This document shows positions 12,117 to 24,559 of a DNA stretch of 64,000 nucleotides, piece after piece. Origin of the DNA: Eledone cirrhosa. Lineage: Eukaryota. The stretch's first letter is position 1, and the number at the start of each line of letters is the position of its first letter. The position numbers and the translations under genes were made by a program. The DNA lies in NCBI GenBank assembly GCA_964016885.1, contig OZ024740.1:109740001-109804000 (forward strand), written 5' to 3'. The notes beneath the pieces were generated by a model that worked only from the letters and a program-made list of their open reading frames with translations, did no database searches and was not told the DNA's origin.

Positions 12117-15100
12117 CTAACTAACTAACTCTCTCCTCCTCTGTCGCAGCCCAACACACCCTGCCATTATCCCACCACCACTGTTCTTCTAGCCCTCAAT
12201 TTTCCCACGTTATGGATGGATGAGCTGAGAATAAATTTGAGCAACTCTGAATCAATAGATGAAATATGAATCTGTGAGCTAACAAGCACCCATGTGAAGC
12301 GCCAACCCAGAGACCCTTCCCTACGAGTGTCGACAAATGCCCAAAACTCCGAGTTGGTACCATCAATGTAGGCTCAATGAAAGGAAGAGCAGGAGAAATC
12401 GTAGAAATGCTAGAGCGAAAGGAAGTTGATGTATGCTGTGTGCAAGAGACTAGATGGAGAGGAGAGTCTGCCAGAGTCCTTGTAGGAAAAAGTCAGTGTA
12501 CAAATTTTTCTGGGTGGGAAATGACGATGGGATGGGTGGTGTAGGTATACTACTAGCTGACAAGTGGGTAGATAAAGTAATCTCAGTGTACAGGGTAAAT
12601 GCAAGAATCATTAAACTCAGACTAGTCCTGAATAAAACAATTACCACAATAATATCAGCTTACGCACCCCAATCGGGGCTGCCAGACGAACTTAAGGATA
12701 GGTTTTACGAGTCCCTAATGCACACTACTGCTCTAACAGACGACAATGACTTCCTAATCATCGCAGGAGATTTTAACGGACACGTAGGTAAACACTGCGA
12801 CGGCTTCAATAGAGTACATAGAGGCCATGGGGTTGGCACAAGAAATGAGGAAGGATTCAGACTTCTAGAATTCTGTACGCCAATGACATGTCGATATGTA
12901 ACACAAACTTTAAGAAACCCGACAACCACCTGATCACCTATAGATCAGGGGAGCACTCCAGTCAGATAGATTTTATTCTCATCAGAGGATGTGACAGATG
13001 GACAGTTGTAAACACAAAAGCCTTCCCTAGTGAGCAATGTACATCCCAACATAGCTTAGTTGTCAGCGACCTCACGGTCAGAACTAGATGAACCTGGAAA
13101 CAGAGGCCAACCTGGAGAAGAAAGATCTGGAAGCTGAAAGTCCCCTCAACCAGTAACAGATTTAAAGATATTTTACTCAACGCCTACGACAGTAAAGAAG
13201 AACAGATAGAGACATTCAATGTAGAAGAGAACTGGGAGTTCCTAAAAAATAATTTACTAGAGGCGACGGATGAGGTCTGTGGCTGGAGTAAGACCTCAAG
13301 CAGGAGGAGAGTGACTTGGTGGTGGAACAATAAGGTAGATGAAGCAGTTAAGGCCAAGAGACAGGCATGGAAAGAATGGAAGAATGGGGGAAGCAGGGTA
13401 CATTACATAGAGACCAAGAGGGAAGCTAGGCGACAAGTATACTTAGCTAGGAGGGAAGCAGAGGATAAAAAAATTCAAGCATGTTTTGCAACGTGAGGAT
13501 CAGAAACTGGAGGTGTTCAAGATTGCGAGGCAGTGTGTCAGAGATAGTTGTGATGTCATTGGAGAGAAGTGTATCCGGAATGATAAAGGTGAGCTTGCCC
13601 TCACAAGTGCTGAGAAGAAAGATGCATGGAAGAGTCATTATGATAGATTACTAAATGAGGAGAATGCATGGGAAGAAGAGACCCTACCCCAAGTAGACCC
13701 TATAGAGGGGCCAGCAGTACAAGTCAGCAGCAACGTAGTAAGTAAGGTAATCAAAGATATGAAGATGGGGAAGGCAACCGGTCCATCGGGTATAGCTGCC
13801 GAGATGCTGAAGGCATCTGGGTCTGTAGGTCACACTATAACCACACGTATTGTTAACCAGGTAATACTAGAAGGTGTCATACCAAAAGATTGGTGCAGTA
13901 GCATCATTGTCAACTGCTACAAAGGTAAAGGCGATGCACTAGATAGTGGAAACTATAGAGGTATAAAGTTTATGGACCAGGTCATGAAAGTAACAGAAAG
14001 AGTTATAGCACAGTTGATTAGGGACCGGGTGAAAATAGACGAGATGCAATTTGGGTTTGTACCAGGAAGAGGCACCACTGATGCCCTCTTCCTTGTGAGG
14101 CAGTTACAGGAAAAGTACCTAGCTAAAAGTAAGCCACTCTACTTGGCATTTGTCGACCTTGAGAAAGCCTTTGACAGAGTTCCACGTGCTGTAATCTGGT
14201 GGGCTCTTAGAAAACAAGGAGTAGATGAATGGCTTGTGAAAGTGGTACAAGCCATGTATAGGGGAGCAGTCAGCAAAGTTAGGATTAGCAATGAGTATAG
14301 CGAGGAATTTAGCGTACAGGTTGGTGTCCACCAGGGCTCTGTTCTTAGCCCCCTCCTGTTCATCATAGTCCTGCAGGCAATAACGGAGGAGTTTAAGACC
14401 GGATGCTCATGGGAACTCCTGTATGCTGATGACCTCGCACTCATAGCTGAATCTATGGTAGAACTAGAGAATAAATTCCAAACTTGGAAGCAGGGACTAG
14501 AAAGAAAGGGTCTCAAAGTCAACATGGCAAAGACTAAGGTCCTTGAAGATGAGAAAACAGAACCCATCCCCTCACGGAAATGGCCTTGCTCAGTATGTAG
14601 GAAAGGTGGAGGTAGGAACTCCATTCTCTGCCCCAAATGCAAACAATGGGTACACAAGAGATGTAGTGGGATCTCAGGAAGCTTAATTAAGAATGTAGGC
14701 TTCACATGCAGCAGCTGTTCTGGGACAGCAAGCAGCAAACAGCCACAGGAAACAAGTACCACCAATCTCTGGGAGGGCTCTGTAGAAACAGTAGATAGCT
14801 TCTGCTACCTAGGTGACCGAATTAGCAGCGAAGGTGGGTGTTCAGAAAGTACAATAACTAGGGTAAGAACGGGATGGAAGAAGTTTAGGGAACTACTACC
14901 ACTGCTAGCTGCAAAAGGCTTCTCCCTCAGAATGAAAGGCAGACTGTATGATGCGTGTATCCGAACATCAATGTTGCATGGTAGTGAGACCTGGGCGCTG
15001 AAGGTGGAAGATTTACGTAGATTAGAGAGAAACGAAGCCTGCATGCTCCGATGGATGTGTAACAGTAGTATACGTGAACGACAAAGCATAAATGAATTGA

Positions 15101-15117
15101 GAGAGAGACTGAACATA
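12051..15117 (+). mobile_element. RTE-clade LINE family A, copy 1 (5' part; frameshifted APE-RT ORF)
   Basis: APE motifs VQETRW, AGDFNGHVG and QIDFIL; RT motifs QFGFVPG, DLEKAFD, HQGSVLSP and YADD. Several frameshifts. Interrupted at 15117. The 5' boundary is approximate. Confidence 0.95.
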
Positions 15118-17401
15118 TCATCATGATCATCATCATCATCGTTTAACATCCATGTTCCACGCTTGAATGGGTTTTGACGGGAGTTTTCCAACTTGAGGCA
15201 AGAGTGGTTGTCTTGCTCGCATAGGACTGTCTGGCGGGTTTTCTACAGTTGGATGCCCTTCCTAACACCAACTACATTTACAGTGTGGGGCTGGGAGGTT
15301 TTTACCGTGTTGCCTACACGGCCACATTACAGCGTGGACTGTCTGGCGGGTTTTCTACAGCTGGATGCCTTTCCTAACACCAACCACATTTACAGTGTGG
15401 GGCTGGGAGGTTTTTACCGTGTTGCCTACATGGCCACATTTACAGCGTGGACTGTGTGTTTTTCTTTGTCTGACACCTACACGATCTCATTTGTTTCGGC
15501 CTGGATTTTGTGGCACCAACATAACTTTACATTGAAAGGGGCGGTGTGGATGGGGTGGGGGTGGTGGGACGGGGGTGTATTTTGTTAGAGATGCCTACTA
15601 ACTGTAGTAGGTTTTACTTTGTATTTAGGTAAGGTGGGTCTTCTCTATTACTGAGTACCGCCAAAGGTCTCGGTCCAGTGACATTGTCTTGGAGAGGTGT
15701 AAGTGTATGAGGTCGGAATTTATCAGCTCGTCCCAGGCTTTTCTGGGTCTGCCTACTCCGTGGCTACCGTCTATCTTTATTGCCCTGCACTTTGCTATAC
15801 AGCTGTCGTATTTCGTGCGCATCACGTGACCATACCAACGTAGCCTTCTCTCGAGTAAACAACATCTGATCCATTTTATTTCTAATTTTTTCCTTAGTTC
15901 GTTTATGCTTTGCCGTTCGCGTATATTACTATTACACATCCAGCGGAGCATGCAAGCTTCGTTCCTCTCTAGTCTGCGTATATCCTCTGCACACAATGCC
16001 CAGGTCTCACTGCCATGCAACATTGCTGTTCGTATGCAGGCATCATACAACCTGCCTTTCATTTTTAGGGAGAACCCTTTAGCGGCTAATAGTGGTATAA
16101 GCTCTCTGAACTTTTTCCATCTAGTTCTGACTCTAGCTACTGTACTTTCAGAGCACCCTACCCCACTGCTGATTTTGTCACCCAGGTAACGGAAGCTGTC
16201 CACTATTTCTATAGAACCCTCTGCGCAGTTGAAAGAGCTAGTATTTTGTGGGCACTTGCTGCTGTTTATTGCACCAGAGCACCGGCCACATGTAAAATCT
16301 GTGTTCTTAGTTAGCTTACCTGTGATCCCACTACATCTTTTATGCACCCATACTTTGCATTTGGGACATAAAATGGAGTTTCTACCTACGCCTTTCCTAC
16401 ACACTGAGCATGGCCATTTCCCGGAAGGGACCGGTGCCTTATTTTCTTTCCTACAAACTAGAACTTTAGTCTTAGCCAGGTTAATTTTAAGGCCTTTTGA
16501 TTCTAGGCTGTGCTTCCATGTTTGGAATTTCTTCTCTAGCTCGGCCATTGATTCAGCTATGAGCGTTAGATCATCTGCGTATAGGAGTTCCCATGGGCAG
16601 CCGGTCTTGAACTCCTCTATTATAGCCTGAAGGGCAATAATAAATAGTAGGGGGCTAAGAACAGAGCCCTGATGGACACCAACTTTTACGCTAAACTCTT
16701 CACTATATTTGTTGTTAATTCTAACCTTGCTCACTGTTTCTTTATACATGGCTTGTATAGCTCTCACAAGCCATTTGTCAACACCTAGTTTTCTAAGAGC
16801 CCACCAGATAATGGAACGGGGGACTCTGTCGAAGGCTTTCTCCAAGTCGACAAAGGCTAAGTATAGGGGTTTACTTTTAGCTCGGTACTTCTCCTGTAGT
16901 TGTCGTACAATGAAAAGAGCGTCTGTGGTACTTTTGCCTGACACAAACCCGAACTGCATTTCATCTAGATCGATTCTCTCTCTGATTAGTTGCACTATTA
17001 CTTTTTCCGTGACCTTCATGACCTGGTCGATTAATTTAATGCCTCTATAGTTACTCCTATCTAGGGCATCTCCTTTACCCTTGTAACAGTTAATGATGAT
17101 GCTGCTACGCCAGTCCTTCGGAACAACCCCATTCTGTATGACTTGGATTACTATCTGGGTGACCATGGTGTGTCCCACCGTTCCAGAGGCCTTCAGCATC
17201 TCAGCAACTATTTCCGAAGGCCCAGCCGCCTTACCCATCTTCATATCTTTGATTGCCTTACTTATTATACTACCTTCAACTAACACTGCTGGTCCCTCTA
17301 TTGGATCGATCTGGGGGAGACTATCCTTCTCCCATTTATTCTCCTCATTTAGTAGCCTCTCGTAGTGACACTTCCAAGCGACCTTCTTATCAGCGTCAGT
17401 C
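15118..17401 (-). mobile_element. RTE-clade LINE family B, 5'-truncated, nested inside A copy 1
   Basis: Open RT-to-C-terminus frame at 15625-17400, a 3' UTR and a (GAT)n tail. AACATA is duplicated at 15112-15117 and 17402-17407 (target-site duplication). Confidence 0.95.
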
Positions 17402-17937
17402 AACATAAGAGGAATCAAATGCTGTGTGCAGGAGAGGCGGTTGTGCTGGTATGGACATGTGATGTGTATGAAGGATGACAGCTGCATAAAAAGGTGCAGT
17501 GAAGTGGGGAGACCCAAGATGACCTGGGATGAGGTGATAAAAGCCGACCTTACCCAATTACACCTCTCAAAGGCGATGACACACGACCATGACCACTGGA
17601 GTCATGCAGTAATACAGAGTACCCGACCTCCCATAGGTACAAGCTGAAGCATATAGACAATATGCCCCCACCGCAAGGTGGTTGTGGAGGTGCCACGGCA
17701 AAAAAGCACCCAACCCACACTGTAAAGTGGACGTGTAGGCGCCACAAAAAAGCACCCAGCACTCACTGTAAATGAGGTTGGTGTTAGGAAGGGCATCCAG
17801 CTGTAGAAATCAAGCTAAATCAGTTCCTGTATGAGCAAGGCATGGTCAGCCGACCAGACACTGCCCACAACAGGACAACCCGTCTAACCCATGCTAGCGT
17901 GGAAGAACGGACGTAAAACAGTGATGATGATGATGAT
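17402..17937 (+). mobile_element. 3' end of RTE family A copy 1
   Basis: Resumes exactly where 15117 stopped (IRGIKCCVQERR..WYGHV), is collinear with 33272-33843, and ends in (GAT)n. Confidence 0.95.
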
Positions 17938-18064
17938 AGACACAGATATATATATATACATACATATACATATATACACACACATGTATATATATATATA
18001 TATATATAGACACAGATGTATATATACATACATATACATATATACACACACATATATGTATATA

Positions 18065-18106
<42 letters not shown>

Positions 18107-18115
18107 GACACAGAT

Positions 18116-19596
18116 ATCATCATCATCATCATCATCATCGTTTAACGTCCATATTCCACGCTTGCATGGGTTTTGACGGGAGTTTTCCCACTTGAGGCAA
18201 GAGTGATTGTCTTGCTCGCATAGGACTGTCTGGCGGGTTTTCTACGGCTGGATGCCCTTCCTAACACCAACCACATTTACAGTGTGGGGCTGGGAGGTTT
18301 TTACCGTGTTACCTACACGGCCACATTACAGCGTGGACTGAGTGTTTTTTTGTCGTGACACCTACACGACCTCATTTGTTTCGGGCTGGATGTTGTGGTA
18401 CCAACATAACTTTACATTTAAGGGGGGGGGGGGGATAAGATGGCGGTGGGTAGTGGGACGGGGGTGTATTTTGTTAGAGGTGCCTACTGACTGTAATAGG
18501 TTTCACTTTGTACTTAGGTAAGGCGGGTCTTCTCTATTACTGTGTAGCGCCAAAGATCTCGGTCCAGTGACATTGTCTTGGAGAGGTGTAAGTGTGTGAG
18601 GTCGGAATTTATCAAGTCGTCCCAGGTTTTTCTCGGTCTGCCTACTCCATGGCTGCCGTCTATTTTTATTGCCCTGCACTTTTTTATACAGCTCTCGTCT
18701 TTCATGCGAATCACGTGACCATACCAATGTAGTCTTCTCTCGAGTAAACAACATCTGATCCCTCTTATTTCTAATTTTTCCCTTAGTTCGTTTATGCTTT
18801 GCCGTTCACGTATATTACTATTACACATCCAGCGGAGCATGCAAGCTTCGTTCCTCTCCAGTCTGCGTATATCCTCTGCACACAATGCCCAGGTCTCACT
18901 GCCATGCAACATTGCTGTTTATATGCAGGCATCATACAACCTGCCTTTCATTTTTAGGGAGAACCCTTTAGCGGCTAAACTTTTTCCATCCAGTTCTGAC
19001 TCTAGCTACTGTACTTTCAGAGCACCCTCCCCCACTGCTGATTTTGTCACCCAGGTAATGGAAGCTGTCCACTATTTCTATAGAACCATCTGTGCAATAG
19101 AATGAGCTAGTATTCTGTGGGTGCTTGCTGCTACTTATTGCACCAGAGCACCGGCCACATATAAAATCTATGTTCTTAGTTAGCTTACCTGTGATCCCAC
19201 TACATCTTTTATGCACCCATACTTTGCATTTGGGACATAAAATGGAGTTTCTACCTACTCCTTTCCTACACACTGAGCATGGCCATTTCCCGAATGGGAC
19301 CAGCGCCCTATTTTCCTTCCTACAAACTAGAACTTTAGTCTTAGACAGGTTAATTTTAAGGCCTTTTGATTCTAGGCCATGCTTCCATGTTTGGAATTTC
19401 TTCTCTAGTTCGGCCATTGATTCAGCTATGAGCGTTAGATCATCTAAGAACGGAGCCCTGATGAACACCAACTTTTATGCTAAATTCTTCACTATATTCG
19501 TTGTTAATTCTAACCTTGCTGACTGTTTTTTTATACATAGCTTGTATAGCTCTCACAAGCCATTCATCAACACCTAGTTTTCTAAGAGCCCACCAG

Positions 19597-19597
<1 letters not shown>
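18116..19597 (-). mobile_element. RTE family B copy 2, 5'-truncated with internal deletions
   Basis: Highly similar to 15118-16810; deletions near YADD and WKKF; (GAT)n tail. Confidence 0.93.
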
Positions 19598-19627
<30 letters not shown>

Positions 19628-19679
19628 GACACAGATATATATATACATACATATACATATATACACACACACATATATG

Positions 19680-19720
<41 letters not shown>

Positions 19721-19892
19721 TTAGTATATTTACCAACATATGCGTACAGATGTACACTAATGCTAGCAAATACATAAGTTATGTCATAGTACCTAGGTGG
19801 TTCATAGACACATATATATATACATACATATACATATATACACACACACATATATGTATATATATATAGACACATATATATATACATACATA

Positions 19893-20040
19893 TTCTAATT
19901 TAGTCCAGAAATAGCTGTCGAAACGGCTTGAGCTCTGCCGTTGGGGTCATACTTTCTCCTATTACCTACTCTACTACCCTAAGTATTGAGTACTCCGGTG
20001 CGTTATGGTCCACCTGGTTCCTTACCACAACTCCTTCGTT
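19893..20040 (+). mobile_element. Single-arm copy of fold-back family P1
   Basis: Reverse complement of 5161-5296, flanked by TA repeats. Confidence 0.75.
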
Positions 20041-20090
20041 ATATATATATATATATACACACACATATATGTATATATATATATAGCCAC

Positions 20091-20131
<41 letters not shown>

Positions 20132-20509
20132 CATATACATATATACACACACGTGTATATATATATATAGACACAGATATATATATATATACATACATAT
20201 ACATATATACACAAACATATATGTATCATCATCATCATCGTTTAATGTCCATCTTCCACGCTTGCATGGGTTTGGATATATATATATATATATACACAGA
20301 TATATATATACATACATATACATATATACACACATATATGTATATATATATATATATATAGACACAGATATATATTATATATATATATATATTCATTCGT
20401 TAACCAAAAGAAGACCACAAATTTCGCAAGGAAGACATTATTAAAAGATTGTCAACATAATTTAGTATGATGTAAGGAATGTAGAGAATAATAATAATAA
20501 TATTAATAA

Positions 20510-20693
20510 TAATTGTTTCTTTTGGCACAAGGCCAGCAATTACCCAGTGCATTACTGGTACTTTAATTTATCGACCCCGTAAGGATGAAAGGCAAAGTTA
20601 ACCTCGGCGGGATTTGAACTCAGAATGGCAAGGGCCGTAACTCTATACGTCAAAGCATGGCGTCCGACCCTCTACCGATACTGCCAATCCACC
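20510..20693 (-). mobile_element. SINE S1 copy inserted in an (AAT)n run
   Basis: Matches 10342-10524. Confidence 0.88.
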
Positions 20694-21065
20694 AATAATG
20701 TCCGTTTACAATTGTTTCGCTACTCCATATAATATTTCTGGATCAAATAACTATATATCATTATTGATCTGGTTCAGTTGAAAATAATTAACATAATTAA
20801 TGATAGAGCAGCTCATCGAAACTTCAAAGGAATATAAATTAAAATAAGGAAAGAATGTTACATAATGTAATGTTCCATATATTGGTATTTCACTATGGTG
20901 TCCTGGGTGTATCAATTGTCTGCCATAATCAAGCAGTATTCTTCTGTCGAGGCTGCATTATGTTAGATCTGCCTAGGACACCCAGGACACCATAGTGAAA
21001 TATCAATATATGGAACATTACATTATGTAACATTCTTTCCTTATTTTAATTTATATTTCTTTGAA

Positions 21066-21184
21066 GTTCCGATGAGCCGCTCTATCTTTAATTATGTTAA
21101 TTAATTTCAACTGAACCAGATCAATAATGATATATAGTCATCTGATCCAGAAATATTATATGGAGTAGCGAAACAATTGTAAAC
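21066..21184 (+). ncRNA. Type I hammerhead-like motif with long helix II
   Basis: gtt-CCGATGA(21069)-gccgctctat...atggagtagc-GAAAC(21170)-aatt-GTA-aac. Helix III ACAATTGT is palindromic. Helix I is short. Confidence 0.6.
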
Positions 21185-21204
21185 GGACATTATTATTCAT
21201 TATT

Positions 21205-21533
21205 CATCATCATCATCATCACCGTTTTACATCCGTTCTTCCATGCTAGCATGAGTTAGACGGGTTGTCCTGTTTTGGGCAGTGTCTGGTCGGCTGACCT
21301 TGCCTTGCTCATACAGGAACTGATTTTGGCTGATTTCTACAGCTGGATGCCCTTCCTAACACCAACCTTATTTACATGAGTGCTGTGTGCTTTTTTCCGT
21401 GGCGCCTACACTTCCACTTTCAAGTGTGAGCTGGGTGCTTTTTTTCCGTGGCACCTCCACAACCACTTTGCAGTGGGAGGGTGTGGGGGCATATTGTCTA
21501 TATGCTTCAGCTTGTGCCCATGGGAGGTCGGGT
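21205..21533 (-). mobile_element. RTE family A 3' end fragment
   Basis: Reverse complement of ~33515-33843. Confidence 0.9.
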
Positions 21534-21823
21534 AGTAATTATTAATATTATTATTATTATTCTCTACATTCCTTACATCAAACTAAATTATGTTGACAAT
21601 CTTTTAATAATGTCTTCCTTGTGAAATTTGTGGTCTTGTTTTGCTTAACTAATGAATATTTCCAGCTCTGCGTGCCTAACTTTTGCATGAACCCAGCCAC
21701 CTAGCTGCTTTCCACTGCATATTGCACATTGAGCACATGCCTTTACGCTTTGGCTTCTAACTAATTCATCAATCTCTCCTCTCCTATCTCCATCTCTCTC
21801 TTTAAGATTGGTTACTCTTGAAC

Positions 21824-21869
<46 letters not shown>

Positions 21870-22345
21870 TATATATGTATATATATATATGTATATATAT
21901 ATGTATTGGCGTATATATTATATATACTGGTACATGTGCATTTGGTTATGTGTATACGTGAGTTTTGCGCCTGTGTGAGTATGCAGGTTCGCACGTATGT
22001 AGGGTGTGTGAATATGTGTACTTTGTGTTTTGGTTGACGTACATCTGCGAACATACGTGTATTTACATGTGGGTTATATACGTATTTATGTGTGTATATT
22101 TATATACGTTTACTTAATTATGTATACACGCACACACACACACACACACATGTATATGTATATATGTTTTTATATATATTTTTATGTGTATTTGGTGTAT
22201 ACATTCGTATGTGTGCGGGTACAGGCATTGCGTGGGTTCTGTATGTGCGTGCGTGTTTTTTTTGTTTTTTTTGTGTATATGCTTGTATTTGCATACCCAT
22301 GACGAGTGTTTTCGCGTATGCTTGTGTATGTATGTATATGGATGC

Positions 22346-22386
<41 letters not shown>

Positions 22387-22443
22387 ATTTCAATTACCGC
22401 TGTATTTAATTTACTTTATTTGTAACTCTGAATCATTCGGTTT

Positions 22444-22865
22444 CCTAAATAGAATTTTAGTCTACGACTTCAGTTTTACCATTTACGTGGTTTTGACTTT
22501 GCGTGAAATTGTTCACATTGCTCCACATAATGACGTATTATCTTCATTTTTTCCATTCATTGCCAGAGAACGTCTCCATGAATCACCTAATAGAATTTTA
22601 GTCTACGACTTCAGTTTTACCATTTACGTGGTTTTGTCTTTGCGTGAAATTGTTCACATTGCTCCACATAATGACGTATTATCTTCATTTTTTCCATTCA
22701 TTGCCAGAGAACGTCTCCATGAATCACCTAATAGAATATTAGTCTACGACTTCATTTACACCATAAACGTGGTTTTGTCTTTGCATGTAATTGTTTTCAC
22801 CGCACCAAATAATGACGTATTATCTTCGTGTTTTCCCGTTCTTTGCAAGGGAACGTTTCCACGAA
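22444..22865. repeat. 141-bp tandem repeat, about 3 copies
   Basis: agaat(t/a)ttagtctacgacttca starts at 22451, 22592 and 22733. Confidence 0.92.
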
Positions 22866-23017
22866 CCAAAGTATCGTCTTCCTGTCTTCCTTCGGTTGCA
22901 ACGTTTTTTGAAATATTTACTTCTGCGTTCACAGATTGACTTTTTTAGTTTCAGAAGATCCCGTTAAGGGTGAAAGCAGCGATTCTTTGCTTAAACTTTA
23001 AGCTGTTATTTTAATAA

Positions 23018-23052
<35 letters not shown>

Positions 23053-23242
23053 TTGGTAAACGGAATAGAAAATGCTGACAAATTGTTCACAGTTGAAAAA
23101 TGGTTTAATTAGGAATAAAAGAGTATTAGTGATTGTATGGGTTAGTATTCAGTTGTGGTTTTAAGTTTTTAAGTTTTTACCGGTTGTGCATTTCTAAATG
23201 CTTTTCAAAAATAATTCTGAGATAGAGTGTCCGTGCTGTTTG

Positions 23243-23322
<80 letters not shown>

Positions 23323-23360
23323 TGTATATATATGTATATATATATATGTGTATATATATG

Positions 23361-23391
<31 letters not shown>

Positions 23392-23411
23392 GTATGTATA
23401 TATATATATAT

Positions 23412-23813
23412 AACTTTGATGGGTTTCGACCAGTATTGGCCCAGGCCATGTCTAACTTAATAGCACCACCTGGCGAAGTCTTACAAATCAGTGTTTGGTC
23501 ACCATGGCCTACTCGAGCAGAGAGTTATTGTTTATGGAGGCATATCCAGGTGTAAGAAGCTTATCCGGGATTTCTTGAAGGAATTTATCCAAAGACTTCT
23601 TGAACTTGATGGGGTCTGTCTGTGTTTTGGTGTAATGTTAAAGAGTGCAGGGCCAATTGAGGTGAAATATTTGTGCCGCATTGTTGTTATGTGATGCGAG
23701 TGAGATTTTTGTCATGGGTGGATAGCACGGGGCCCAGGCCTTGGGTGTACACTAAAGGTGAAGCCAACATCATTTGGGCAAAGCTGATAGAATATTTTCC
23801 ACATCATACAGAT
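23412..23813 (-). mobile_element. 3' fragment of a CR1/L2-group LINE
   Basis: Minus frame ICMMWKIFYQLCPNDVG...HPRPGPRA...FTSIGPALFNITP resembles the WKI...GP.LFN.LP C-terminus of CR1/L2-group ORF2. Confidence 0.6.
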
Positions 23814-23859
23814 ATGTATATATATGTATATATATATATGTATATAAATATATATATAC

Positions 23860-24123
23860 AAAGTGGTCATGGAGGTGCCACGGAAAAAAAGCACCCAGCC
23901 CACACTGTAAAGTGGACGTGTAGGCGCCACGGAAAAAAGCACCCAGCACTCACTGTAAATGAGGTTGGTGTTAGGAAGGGCATCCAGCTGTAGAAATCAA
24001 GCCAAAATCAGTTCCTGTATGAGTAAGGCATGGTCAGCCGACCAGACACTGCCCACAACAGGACAACCCGTCTAGCATGAAGAACGGACGTAAAACGGTG
24101 ATGATGATGATGATGATGATGAT
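23860..24123 (+). mobile_element. RTE family A 3' UTR fragment
   Basis: Matches ~33577-33843 and has a (GAT)n tail. Similar pieces near 30140-30390 and 56736-56923. Confidence 0.9.
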
Positions 24124-24559
24124 ATATACATATATATATATATATATGTATATATGTATATATATATATATATGTGTGTATATATATATATATATATGTA
24201 TATACGATTGTTAATGTGAAATCATGTGTTGAAACGTTGTTGTACTTTGGGTCATGTTGCCAATAAAAGCACACACACAAGTTGAGTTCACTTCAATTTT
24301 ATTATTAGTTAGGTAACTAATCCATTCCTTGCTTACTTTAGTAACCAGATTATTACTTAATTGTCATATTTAACTGGTAAAGCTCTTTTGCTTTATTGTG
24401 TCTCCTCTTTGTTTTGATCTTGTCCTATTTACTCAATTTGCTTTTCTGTTGTGAGTCTGCATATGCCTCTGTGTTTGTGACTATGTGCTGCTACTTCTAA
24501 AAGCTTCTGTATTTGGCATGTGCATGCATGCATACACACACACATGTATATATATATAT

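Larger units (their letters stand above)
20390..21826. mobile_element. Large asymmetric fold-back PLE-like insertion with a hammerhead in each arm
   Basis: Arms 20390-20910 and 20978-21657 are reverse complements once a SINE (left arm) and an RTE 3' fragment (right arm) are removed. The right arm extends to 21826. (TA)n flanks. Confidence 0.8.

Noticed and set aside
17402-17517. N-terminal ~39 aa of the 630-aa ORF 15625..17517
   Set aside because: It is the antisense of RTE-A's 3' end read across the insertion junction, not part of RTE-B.
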